Part shown: piece by piece, positions 1 through 10,931 of the stretch
Layout of the letters: the number at the start of each line of letters is the position of its first letter
How positions within the stretch are numbered: the stretch's first letter is position 1
Source: Takakia lepidozioides
Lineage: Eukaryota; Plantae; Bryophyta
Assembly: GCA_030704615.1 (NCBI GenBank)
Contig: CM060733.1
Coordinates: forward strand, 29,946,001-30,010,000
Direction: 5' to 3'
DNA: 64,000 nucleotides
Translations under genes and position numbers: made by a program
The notes under the pieces: model-generated
Database searches by the model: none
Told to the model about the DNA's origin: nothing
What the model saw: only the letters and a program-made list of their open reading frames with translations

Positions 1-1545
1 TCTGTGCCGGATGATTTCTATGCCAGCAGTTCGGCCTGCCCTTCACCACAATATCAAGAAGCTACAGGGGGGTTTTATCCATGGGTACTTGAAGGGTTCA
101 GCTGTGTTTTACGTGTCACTGACTGATATCCAGGGATCTGAGAAATTGGTGGACCTCAATGTAATGGACAGTTGGGACCCGCTTTGGAAAGAAGTGAATA
201 CGGAGTTTGAGATTGAACTTTCACAGAACTCAGCACACATCCAGTACATGAACAAAATGTTCTTTGTCTGGGATGGCAACCACCGTTTGGTGCCCTGGAT
301 GGAGTACATCAGCAGGATGTATGCGGAGAACAAAGAGTGGCACTATCGGGTTCAGTCAATGGTCCTCGATCCGGAGGGGAAGTTCACGCAGCTTCTAACT
401 GCAATGTACGATATTAACAAGTAAGAGTCTTGCCCACTTCTTGTCTCCCATTTCATTGTTCTATCAATCTTCAAACTTTGTCAACTGACCTGTTCGCATT
501 GCAAGGGGACGGAGACATCCCATGTCACCATCAACATAGTCCATTCCTTGTTTCGTATGCAAAGCATAGGAGTCATGCCATTGGAAACGTTCGCGAGTGT
601 CTTATCCCCGGACACACTGAAGAAGTGCCAAATGATCAAGAAGACAGAGACTTAGTACAACCTGACAATGGAGGTGTTTCTCGACTACTTGTACGCGGTG
701 AGTTTCTGTGCGGACTGCCATTCTTCTTGAATTATGGATATATCATGTTTTTGCTTTGGTTTTGTTGTTCACGAGGGTTACATGGGTTTGTCACATCAAG
801 AAATAGCAGAAGCGGGAGAACGAGCCAAGCTGGAATATTACGCCACTACAGATAAGGATGAGAGAACGGCAAACGGGGTGGAGGCAAAAATGAAGGCGGA
901 CATGGATACGTGTAGGAAGAACCTCAAGAGCGTGTTCGACAAACACATTCGAATCGCTGACCCCGGATTGGGAATGGGGTTTCTGGAGCAGATTCGGATC
1001 CACTAGAGCAAGCCCACTAAGCCAGAGATGACACAAGAAAAGCTCCACCGCCTTTCCATTTCCATGGTTGACCCTGCTCAGAAAGTGAGGTGGTTGGAAA
1101 TCTGGAACTCGGATCCGATCATCCGGGATACAAACAATTTCCCAAAACCAATGAAGGACGCTGAGACTGGGGTGGTGACACCTGTCAGCGACCACGCATT
1201 CGACACTTGGTTGCACAAAGCGACCTTCTGGAGCCAGGTGAGAATGTAAAAACATTGTCACTGTTCCAGCAATGAGTACATGTTTTCTTATGTTGATTAA
1301 CTCAAAATTTGGCGGATGGTTGTGCAGCTGGAGAAGCGGGCAATTGATACTGAGAAATCACTGCTGGACTACAAGATCACAATGACCACTCCGAGCATCA
1401 AGTTCCAGTCATACATTCGGAAATGGAGAAGAGAGCTGTGGAAGAATTCACATTGCCAAGTTCACATGTGCGGATTGTTTGCCAAGGTTTGCAACGGCCA
1501 CAGCTTTTCGGGCATCCGTGGCCACACAAATTCAATTGAAAGGAT
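1..1545 (+). pseudogene. Spliced, interrupted gene fragment with a ParB/Sulfiredoxin-like motif, probably TE-associated
   Basis: ORF 11-424 contains MFFVWDGNHRL, matching the dG.HR core of the ParB/Srx superfamily. GT donors occur at 421, 698 and 1238. There is an in-frame TAG at 1004-1006, and coding character is lost near 1545. Confidence 0.5.
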
Positions 1546-2286
1546 TTTTGGGGGCTAAAATATCTAGGAGCGCCCTAGGACAGCTAGTAAGATGAAAAGT
1601 GTCACCTACCAACCAAGAATGGACAATATCTTTTCTCATCCAATAGAATTAGATATTTCACCCATCATTTTTTATTGTTTTTCTAGTATATAGGAATAGC
1701 AAGGTGGGCTTGCCCACCACTTCTACTTTTTAGTTTCTTGCTTTGTGTTGTTGTTAGTAGCTTAAGCTTGAGCTTAGTTGGTTGCTTAGAGCTTGCTAGA
1801 AGTTAGCAAAGTTTTTTTTTTTTTTAAAAAAAAAAAATTTAAGCGAAGCTTGGTGGAGGCGATCAAAGGAACTTAGAAGTACTAGTGCTTGTGGCTTAAA
1901 GCTTAGCTAGAAGTTTTAGCAAGCTTGACGGAAGCATTAGTTTGTGGTTTGAGAAGACTAGGGTAGTGAGGAGCTTATACACTAGGTGCTCAAGTTTGTT
2001 TTGGCCAAGAGCATTGTTTGAAGTGAAAAAAGAGAGTTTATTTTCCAAAAAGAGAGCGGACTTGCAACTTGGAGTGTGGCGAGCCCCTAGAAGAGAGAGT
2101 AGAGGTAGTAAGCAACAAACCCGGTAGGAGATGTGAGCTACTATCCCATCCCCTTGGTTTTGGTAGCCCACTTAGCAAGTTGTATGTACCAACCTTTTTC
2201 AAGTCCCAGTGGCCCAGTGGCCCATGGGTTTGTCGTTTGTTTTTGGTGTTGTTGTGAATGGAGAGAAGCTCACTATGGGAGGCCTT

Positions 2287-2371
2287 TGTCGTGCGCATAC
2301 GTATCGCTACACAACTACGTCGCTGTCCAAACCACACCACACATATATGCACAATAAAGTAGTCTGCCACA
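2287..2371 (-). repeat. Terminal repeat A, copy 1 (85 bp, TG...CA)
   Basis: Identical to 2729-2813 except one substitution (ctacgtcgc vs ctacatcgc). Confidence 0.95.
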
Positions 2372-2372
2372 A

Positions 2373-2726
2373 TGATAAGAAAGTTAGAGAACACACTCTT
2401 GACACACAAGAAACATGAAATCCATCAACATCACTCTTTAAGATAATAGTCAAGCCAGGGGCACCCCAAGCTATGGGGACTCCACCCCACAACAACCTAT
2501 ACCCCTACATAAGAACACTCAGATTCTAAAGCATGAAGGAGCTTGGTCGCGCAGGCTCAACTCGAGAGAGATGAGCTGCGCGACTGACGCTCTCGTGAAG
2601 ATAAGACGGTTCAGGTGTCAAACTAAACTTGACACCTGATTTAACACTTGACCTAAATCCAAGTGTTAAATACAAATAACTAGCTTTATTCTAGTTAGTT
2701 TCACACTGTGCTTATTTAACTTGACA
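2373..2726 (-). repeat. Repeat B, copy 1 (about 354 bp, TG...CA)
   Basis: Matches 14007-14358. It differs in the first ~18 nt and at two CpG-type transitions that I could see. Confidence 0.95.
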
Positions 2727-2728
2727 GC

Positions 2729-2813
2729 TGTCGTGCGCATACGTATCGCTACACAACTACATCGCTGTCCAAACCACACCACACATATATGCACAATAAA
2801 GTAGTCTGCCACA
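2729..2813 (-). repeat. Repeat A, copy 2, start of the 3' LTR next to the PPT
   Basis: Copy of 2287-2371. On the minus strand it is directly preceded by AGGGGGGCGAT. Confidence 0.95.
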
Positions 2814-2824
2814 ATCGCCCCCCT
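2814..2824 (-). promoter_or_regulatory. Polypurine tract
   Basis: Minus strand reads AGGGGGGCGAT|TGTGGCAG, downstream of pol. Confidence 0.75.
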
Positions 2825-3072
2825 AGCTGGTGGATAGGTCCCTCTAACTCCAGATAGCTACAAGATGTAATAGCCACAGCCGTACTAAGTCCTCTATCAC
2901 TGTCCCTATTGTACTCAAACTCTATTGACCAAGAGGCCGGGTACAAGAGTAGCCCCATCGTTAGTCGCCGTCTTGCAATCTGTGAACTTGAACGAGGACC
3001 TCGTGTATTCAAGGTCTCCTGTAGCTGGGCCTTGCGTTGCTTGTTAGCCTTCCATGGTTGTATCCACTCCCA

Positions 3073-3300
3073 CTATCCAATGCAATGTGGACATAACCAA
3101 TCCCCATCCGGAACCATCTCAAGAGGTGGAGTCAAGCATCCCATATGCCAACCTCTAGAGCATCGATCACACACCAGCATGGTGGCTGCCCCTTTAGCAG
3201 ACCCACACAACATGCACCTCAAACTTGCAGATACCACTGCTAGGTTTGGGTCAATCCTGCCATCGACATTCGGAAGGTGACATGGCGCACAATTGCGCAC
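3073..3300 (-). CDS. PHD finger at the C-terminus of integrase
   Basis: CMLC...CDRC...WHMGC...WLCPHC gives the C4HC3 pattern. It is separated from the integrase C-terminal region by a frameshift/stop near 3320-3395. Confidence 0.9.
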   Translation of the reverse strand: MRNCAPCHLPNVDGRIDPNLAVVSASLRCMLCGSAKGAATMLVCDRCSRGWHMGCLTPPLEMVPDGDWLCPHCIG

Positions 3301-3392
3301 ATGGTCCTTCCAAGTTATGCCATCTCAACCCTCCAAGACCAAGACGCCTGAGGGCAAGACCTCTCGAACCCTCAAAATAACACGTCATGCAG

Positions 3393-6206
3393 TCACACCA
3401 AGGTCGTAGAAGCAGTCTGCTGCAGATAGACATAGTCACCAGGGTTGAATCTCCGAACCCCAGGACAATAGCCCCCACCACGTATGGTAGCATACCTCAA
3501 CGTATCACGGTGTTGTGCAATGGCAAGGTTCTCGAAAGCCATGGGCATGACTTTCTTGAACAACTCTGCACGCTGCTCACATGCACGTGCCCACACGTCC
3601 GGATCGTCAAGGTTAAGAATTGTAGCAGCTTCTCTGCGAATGGATGTAGGCAAATCCGGCTCTCGGCCGAAGAGAAGAAAGTATGGTGAGAAGGAGGCAA
3701 GTGATGCTTGCTTGCTGAATCTGTAGCCCATGATTAACTAGGGTAACTGAAGGTCCCAATCTCCTAGGTGTCCCTTCTGCAAGCCATACTTGCGCAAACC
3801 CCTCTTTACTGTCTGAACAACTCTCTCTGCCAAGCCATCGGCCTCAGGATGATCCCGAGAAGTGGTGCGGTGGTCTATCAAGGCCTTGTCACACAAAGCC
3901 TGAAACTCCCCCAAGAACTCTCTCCCTTGGTCCGTGAGTACCTCAGCTGGAGCACCGAATCGGCTAAGCACACAATCCAAGAATGCATATGCAGCTCCCT
4001 CACTAGCTTTATCAGGCAATGGAACCAACTCAATCCACTTGGAGAAGTGCTCCACCATCACCAACACGTACTCGTTGTGGTGCATGGTCAGTGGCAACGG
4101 CCCTGCAAAGTCAAGACTCCACCTGTAGCCCAATCCCATGATCGGAAGAAGGTGCAATTGTGGAGTAGGGGCGTTGAATGAAGCACGCACCATATCACAC
4201 ACCATGCACCTAGCCACAAATTGTTGCACCTCTGTGTGCATACCACGCCACCAATACTGCCCCTGTAGTAGACTATGAGTGCGTCGCACTCCAAAATGCC
4301 CCAACTCCTCGTGGGCATGCCGCACTAACCGTGCCCGCTGTGTTGGGTGAGGCACAATCCTCACTCGACCATCCTCCCACACTCGGAGCAGGTGTGTCTC
4401 CTTCCACTTGAACCTCTTGGCTCGTTGTAGGATCCGATCCCTCTCCTTGGCAGTCACAGTGGCTGCAGCGTCTCCAGTGCGGAGGTAGTCCAACACAACT
4501 GAATCCTCATGTATATCTTTGGCGCCACCTTGCTCATTGCTGGCCTCAGGGTCCTCAGACACTTGATCTACAGTCATCCCTATTGCAGGTCCAACTTGGC
4601 CTTCCGTTGCCAAGATACACAGAAATGCAGATGCATGCCATCCGGGCACCATCTCCTCGTCCGTCTCACCATGCCACCGAGCTCTAGTGTCATCCTGCTG
4701 GCTCGTGCATGGATTGCGACTCAACCCATCTGCATTGCGATTGACCAAACCCGGTCGATGCACAACCTGAAAGTCATATTCTTGAAGGATGAGTGCCCAC
4801 CGTGCAAGCTTCCCCGTAAGCTTGTTTGACTCCATCAACCACTTGAGTGGTTGGTGATCCGTGACAAGGGTGAAGAGATTGCCGTATAGATAGCACTTGA
4901 AGTGTGTCATGGCCCACACTGCAGCTAAGCATTCTCCCTCATATGAGCTATACTTAGACTCTGCAACGTTGTTCGAGCGGCTAGCATAAGCCACTACGAA
5001 CTCTCTTCCCTCATCATCCACCTGTGTGAGCACCGCTCCAAGCCCCAGCATGCTCCAATTTGTATGCAGCTGAAAAGGACGCCCCCTAATAGGCCGTCTC
5101 AAGATGGGCGCCGAGATCAACCTCGCCTTGAGCTCTTGAAAAGCTTGTTCTTGCTCATCTTCCCACTGCCACTCCTGGTCCACCTTGGTCAGCTTGGTTA
5201 GAGCCTTTGCAATGGCACTAAATCCCTTAACAAACCGTCTATAATAGTTTGCTAACCCCATGAAAGCTCGAACTCGGCTCACATCCGTGGGGCATGGAAC
5301 CTGTGCAATGGACTTTATCTTAGTCTGCTGTACCCCCAATCCTCCAGGATATATCAAGTGACCCAGATACTCAATCTGGTTGTGGAAAAACTTGCACTTT
5401 CCCGGATGTAACTTCAATCCGTGCGCCCTCAAGCGCTCAAATACCCCCTGAAGGTGTCTCTCATGCTCCTCCACCGTAACACTAAAGATGATGATGTCAT
5501 CTATGTAGCACCGAGCAAACTCCACCCTTGCTAGAATCATGTCCATGACTCTTTGAAACTCAGCAGGAGCGTTTTTAAGCCCAAATGGTAAGAACCGCCA
5601 CTGGTATAGGCAATCCTTCCCGTGTTCATTGATCCCCCAGAATGCCGTCTTCTGCTTATCCGCCTCCTTGATCGGCAACTGGTGATATCCGGATCGTAAA
5701 TCCAACGTGCTAAAGACCTTGGCATGCCCAATGGCATCAAAGATCTCCTCTGGTGTCGGCATAGCATACCTATCGGACTTGGTCTGACGATTTACAGGCC
5801 GGTAATCACCGCACATACGTCTCTCCGTCCAATTGCCATAGACATCCTTCTTGGCTGGCATCACTGTGGCTAAAGCATACTCTCCCCCATATAGCTCCAC
5901 CAAACCAGCCTCCCAAAGGTCCTGAGTTCTCATTTGAATCAAGGACCTCTCCATGTCACTGTATCTATAGGGTCTCCGAAAGATTGGCGTGTCAGTAGCC
6001 AATTCAATGCGAATGTCTTGACCCTTCAGTGCTCCTAAGTCCTTTAAACTGAAGGCAAAGCAATTCCTGTAAGCCCTCAGGAACCACCGTATACGTTGTC
6101 TCTCTCCTCCGGTGACAATGGGTCCAATGTCAGGCTCCCAATTGTCCTCCGTAACTGCAACCTTAAGTCCAGTGGGCTTAGAGGTAGAGGACGCGTCCCG
6201 TGGTTG
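3393..6206 (-). pseudogene. Gypsy pol: RT, RNase H, integrase
   Basis: RT motifs [28 protein letters not shown] and YIDD. RNase H motifs HTNWS-GLGAVL, EGECLAAVWA and TDHQPL. Integrase zinc finger H-H-C-C and DDE motifs WSLDF, TDQG and GLAER. One in-frame TAG at 3738-3740. Confidence 0.95.
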
Positions 6207-6499
6207 CTATGCCGCAACCTCTTGAGCAATACTCCCTGCCTGCTCAGTCAATGACAAGGCCTCATCCTGCCCCATCATCTCATCCTTGAGGACCTCATCA
6301 ACCCGAGAAGAATCCCCAACCTCATCCATCACAGCTGCCTTGGCTGCCAACTCCTTCTGAACCTCGAGCACCTCCCACGTGTGCCATGGATGCGGCCTGC
6401 ACCTCGTGGTCCTCACCTGCTCGCCCCCATTCGCTGCCTGTACCGTCTCGGTAGGCAGGGAGACCATGAATGGAAGTGTACTCCGTACTCTGCGCTGCT

Positions 6500-7460
6500 C
6501 GGCCATAGCCAAGCTGATAATCCAGGTCAAGCAATTGAGATCCATTGCTTGCCCCAACACCTGACGATGTGATGCCTCAGAAAGAGATGGCACCGCCGTG
6601 GTACCAGTGGTAAAACCCATTGCCCGCTCGCGCTCGTCAGCATTGGGCTCCACTAATTGTTGCAACTGGCTATCCCACAAGAGGCCAGGTCCACCATCCC
6701 GAAAAGCATGGGATCCTGGGAAGCTGAGCAGTGTAGGTAGTGTTGCTCGTGGTTGACCCACCCTGTTGACCACTGCCAAAGGCGAACGGTGATCGTGTTT
6801 CACACGTTGAGACTGTCTCCCTGTGTCCAAAATGCTATCCACTATGAGATGTGCTGGCCGCTGCACCCCATCAAATGCACGCTTGAGCAGTGCGGGTGGC
6901 ATCAAGTTAGTCCACCATAGTCGTGGACGATGAGCCCGTGACCCCACTGCAGCTGCATCCAGCAACACTGCTGACCCAAGCCACGACCAGACTTGATGCA
7001 CACTGGCCATCACCCTGGCCCGAGAATCGCCCATCAGTGGCACATTCTCCAAGATGTATGCTGGAGATACAGCTTGATGAAGCTGCAAGTGGCGCAAAAC
7101 CCGCACCATCTCCCAAAACAGACCCGTCCTTGAGTCTCGCAATCCATTGCCATGCCCGGCTGATGAATGCCCTTGGAAGGGCCAACCTGCCACTACCAGA
7201 TCAATGGAGCCAACCTGCTCCAAATCCTGCGCCCCCAGCAACGAAAGGTCTGCTGGCAAGGCTTGTTGGTATCCACGAACTGAAGACACTGGCAACAAAT
7301 CAGGGTACTGCTGTACCAACTGAGCAACCTGGCGCAGTGAGACGCGTCGTGCAGTCTCATCCCTCTCCATATACAGGTAACGTCGAACTCGTATACCTAC
7401 CTGCAGCACTGCAGCCAATCCAGTGCTGATCCCGCCAAACAAGTCCAGAAGACATATGCC
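6500..7460 (-). CDS. C5 cytosine DNA methyltransferase domain (Dnmt3-like, non-permuted) inside the polyprotein
   Basis: Motif I LDLFGGISTG; IV DLVVAGWPFQG (PCQ site, Cys replaced by Phe); V TGLFWE; VI LENV; VIII AHRPRLWWTNL; IX ERERAMGF; X QVLGQAMD. All lie within ORF 6207-8741. Confidence 0.92.
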
Positions 7461-7879
7461 TTCATCCGGGCACTGCCACACAAGAGGTGTAGTGTCCAAT
7501 GGCGACAACTGAGGTGGTCCTAGTGCAATCACCGCACTCTTGTCCTCTCCTGACGGTACGAAAGCGTCCACCCAGGCTTGTTGCACCCGTCCATCAGCAG
7601 CCTGCTGCAAATCTTTGCCCATACCCCACAATGGAGTGTGAGCAACCATGGCAGGCAACTCCGCCGTACCATGCATGTCATCCTGCTCTGCTGGAGGTGG
7701 CACATCCTTTGCATGGGCATTGCCTGCCAGCAACTCTCCAGGCCAACTAACTACAGCCGTAAAAGCGGCTAGTGTTGGCATCTTGCCCCGCTGGGCAGCC
7801 GCAATACCCCCAATGAATGTCACAGGGAGCTGTGCACGACGACCATCCCCTGACTGCCAGCCAGGCCTGTAGGATGCTG

Positions 7880-8190
7880 ACTCCTCCCAAAAGTCCAGGG
7901 TGAAGCCCATGGGGTATAACACTGCCCCACCAACGAGGACATCGTAAGAGACTGCGTCTGTCACAATGGCCTTGGCTCGCATCACTGAGCCATCTGTAGG
8001 GTGATCCGGCTGTAGTCCAATGGCCAACTCACGCCGTGTCATGTCCCGAGCCTGCTCTGATCCTCCCAGAGATGTCTGTATTTGGAAAAGACAAGGCTCC
8101 ATATCCACTTCCATGAGGCCCAAACCTGTGATAGCAGCTCTGCCCAACATCAGTGGCTGAGCTCCCGAGTCCAACAAGACCCGAAGTGGC
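7880..8190 (-). CDS. Retropepsin aspartic protease domain
   Basis: VLLDSGA at 8161-8181 and the C-terminal YDVLVGG motif. Confidence 0.85.
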
Positions 8191-8945
8191 CGGTACTTCT
8201 TGCCTGCCGGTCCACTCAATGAGAAAATGCCCTCATGGTTGTCTAACAAGACAACTCCAGGTGTCACCATGGCGCGCTCAAAGGCTGGCCTAGCTAGCAG
8301 TTCCGTCAATCTGGCAGCTGCTGCTTGCCAGGGCGCAGCCGTGGCAGTCTTCACCCTCAAATCCGAGGATCCCCCTGACACTACACCTTCCACTAACTCC
8401 GCAGAAGATGAAGTGACCTCCCTACTCTCACAGAGTGTTGCTGCTAGTCTGAACACTGCAACTGGTCTTACCCCCGGCGTCGCAATCATGGTTGCCGAGA
8501 ACAGTGGGGCTTGACACACAGAGGTGACTGCCCCCAATAACACACCGGCTGCACTAGCCTTGGCAGCAGGTGTCGGTGCTGCACGTGTAGCTCTCCCCAA
8601 TGGCATAGTAATCTCCGCCTCGGTAACAGTCGGGCGAGAACTAGGTGCCATGGATGGCGTCGACACTGTCTCCGCCAATGTGAATGACTGAGGAAGCCTC
8701 GCGTGACGGCTTGCCTCCCCACGCTGTGGATCCAATTCCACCTCTGCACCTCATGGCTCAAGAACTCGTGCTGCTCCTCGAGTCACGGCTACAGCAGACT
8801 CCACCTGCACTAGTGGTAGTGCTGCTCCGCACATGAATCCCATGCCTCCCATATCTCCTCCCTCAGGAGCAGGAGGTGGACCATCCCGCCTGGGAGCCGG
8901 TACCACCTGAGCTGTAGCCATGGCAGCGAACCTTTGCTCTAGCTG

Positions 8946-10412
8946 CTAAAGCCGGTTGGCCATGGCTTGGTCAACACCCTGACCTCCGCGTCCTTGGCCA
9001 TGTTGAGCTTGCCCTTGGCCTGCACCTCGTGCCCGACCACCTCGTCCTCTCTGGGCTGGTCCACCTCGCCCCCGGCCACCATTGTTCCCTTGGAACTGGC
9101 CTGGGCGCAATTCAGGATGCAAGTCATAACACTGGGCATCTCCATGCCCATACTTGCCACAATGCCCACACTGCAACTGTGCAGGTTGTGCTTGTGCCGG
9201 CCTTCTGCCACTCTCTGGGCAATCTCTCTTGACATGGGGTCCTCCACATGTCCAATATATCACCCCTGGTTGCTGTTGGCCTGCAAAAGATACCACGGGC
9301 CTCTGCACCTGAGGTCCCCTGTAAGCTCCATGGAACTTGGGTTGGGAAACCTTGCCCCCCTGACCATGCTGTTGGGCAGTCCCTTGTGCCTGTGGGCTGG
9401 CAGCTACGCCTCGTGCAGGCATGTCCTTGCCAAATCCAATGGTAACAACTCGCTCCTCCACCATGTTGAGCTCAATCCGCTCAGCCAGCAGAAATACATC
9501 TGCTAATGTGGGTTGGGCTGCTTGTAACAGGGTTGCATCCCGCACCCTTCTCCTGAGCTCCTTGTCCAAAATTCCATACCAGAACTGGATTGCCTGAGCT
9601 TCAGTAACCCCTTGGGTCACACTTATCAAGCGTCTCATACGAGTGTAGGCCTCTCGCAAGCTCTCACTGGGTTTGCGTTGGAAGTCTTGCAAACTTCGCA
9701 GCTTCTCTGTTTGTACACCTTGGTAGTTCCTCCACAACTCCTGGAAGAACTCCACCACCGGGTTGAATCTAGGCATATGTGTTGTAGTCGTGGCAGGAGG
9801 AGTAGTAGCACCTTTTGAACTGGTACCACTTGCAGAAGTACTGGCACTACTTGTTCCACTACTAGTGCTGGCAGTGGGAGATATTGATACTGATGCAGCT
9901 ACCGGTCGCGTCGTGCCTCGAGTAATGGAGACGTAGTCAGGTGACCAATATATCCTCCACTCCTCAATCTCTGCTTCATGTCCTCGCCTGAACTCGTGGT
10001 AATCGTCCATAGGCGGGCCTTCCAAATGCTGGAACAGTCCCTTCCACGCCATGAATGGGGTGAACAGCTGTGGATTGCGCATCTACTGCAAATCACACCA
10101 GCTGTTGAACTCCTGGATAAAGTCATCCAACTCAATTATGCCCACAGCTCCAGAGTACCTACGAGGCCCCTTGGTAGCTCCATACATCTCCTCCATGTCG
10201 TCCCACAACAATGGCGAATGAAACTGCACACCTGTTGATGAAGCCTCTGAGTCTGTGTCTGACTCTGCACTAGTTGAGGGTGGAGGTGAAGGTGGTCTGA
10301 AAGGAACACCTCGTCTGGTGAACCCACTCTCACTGCTACTGCCTGTAGCCGTACTCCCCTCAGAACCCCTGGGTAACTCCGTGATGACACTCACAATGTG
10401 CACCTCCCCCAC
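8946..10412 (-). pseudogene. Gag with zinc knuckles
   Basis: QRKPSESLREAYTRM retrotransposon-gag motif, CGHCGKYGHGDAQC knuckle plus a degenerate YWTCGGPHVKRDC, and an RGG-rich tail. In-frame TAG at 10083-10085. Same frame as PR-MTase and RT. Confidence 0.88.
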
Positions 10413-10931
10413 GTGACACTATAAAGCTCTGGTACTATTTCTAATGGTGACACGGGTGGGCACCTGTTGCAGTTTAAGGTTCATATCCCAGTGGCTCAGG
10501 GCACCTGCACCTGCATCCACCGCAAGAACTCCTATGGTTGGCTGGTCATCAACCCAGTCTCACCATAGAAGAAACACTGGTGGTTTTGCTGGTCATCACT
10601 CCAGCCTCACCACCGACAGCATACTCTAGGATTGACTGGTGATCAAATCCGGCCTAATCCCTATGAAAGCAAGCGCCCACACAAAACCAACATGGCGCAC
10701 AGTCAAGCATGCAGGTGTTGGGGGGGATCCAAACACAAGAAATCAAAACATCAACACCCCCACACCAAAATCCATCTGCAGTGCTGACCTGCAGAATATC
10801 CCAGCCCAAAACCCCGGACTGACTGGCCTCCACCAAGAGAGGCTTTGGCAACTACAAGTACAAGGTAATGAAAATAGTACAGAGATGGAGGGGAAGAATA
10901 GAAGCCCGACCCAGCAAGATCTAATCCTGAT

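Noticed and set aside
2287-2813. A-B-A as a CRISPR-like array or an independent mini-LTR element (TRIM)
   Set aside because: There are only two A copies and no cas genes. B recurs at 14007 next to the PBS and A2 abuts the PPT, so both belong to the large element.
6500-7460. Bacterial restriction-modification MTase or a host DRM gene
   Set aside because: It is in frame within the retroelement polyprotein, has no partner endonuclease, has no introns or UBA domains, and its motif order is not permuted.
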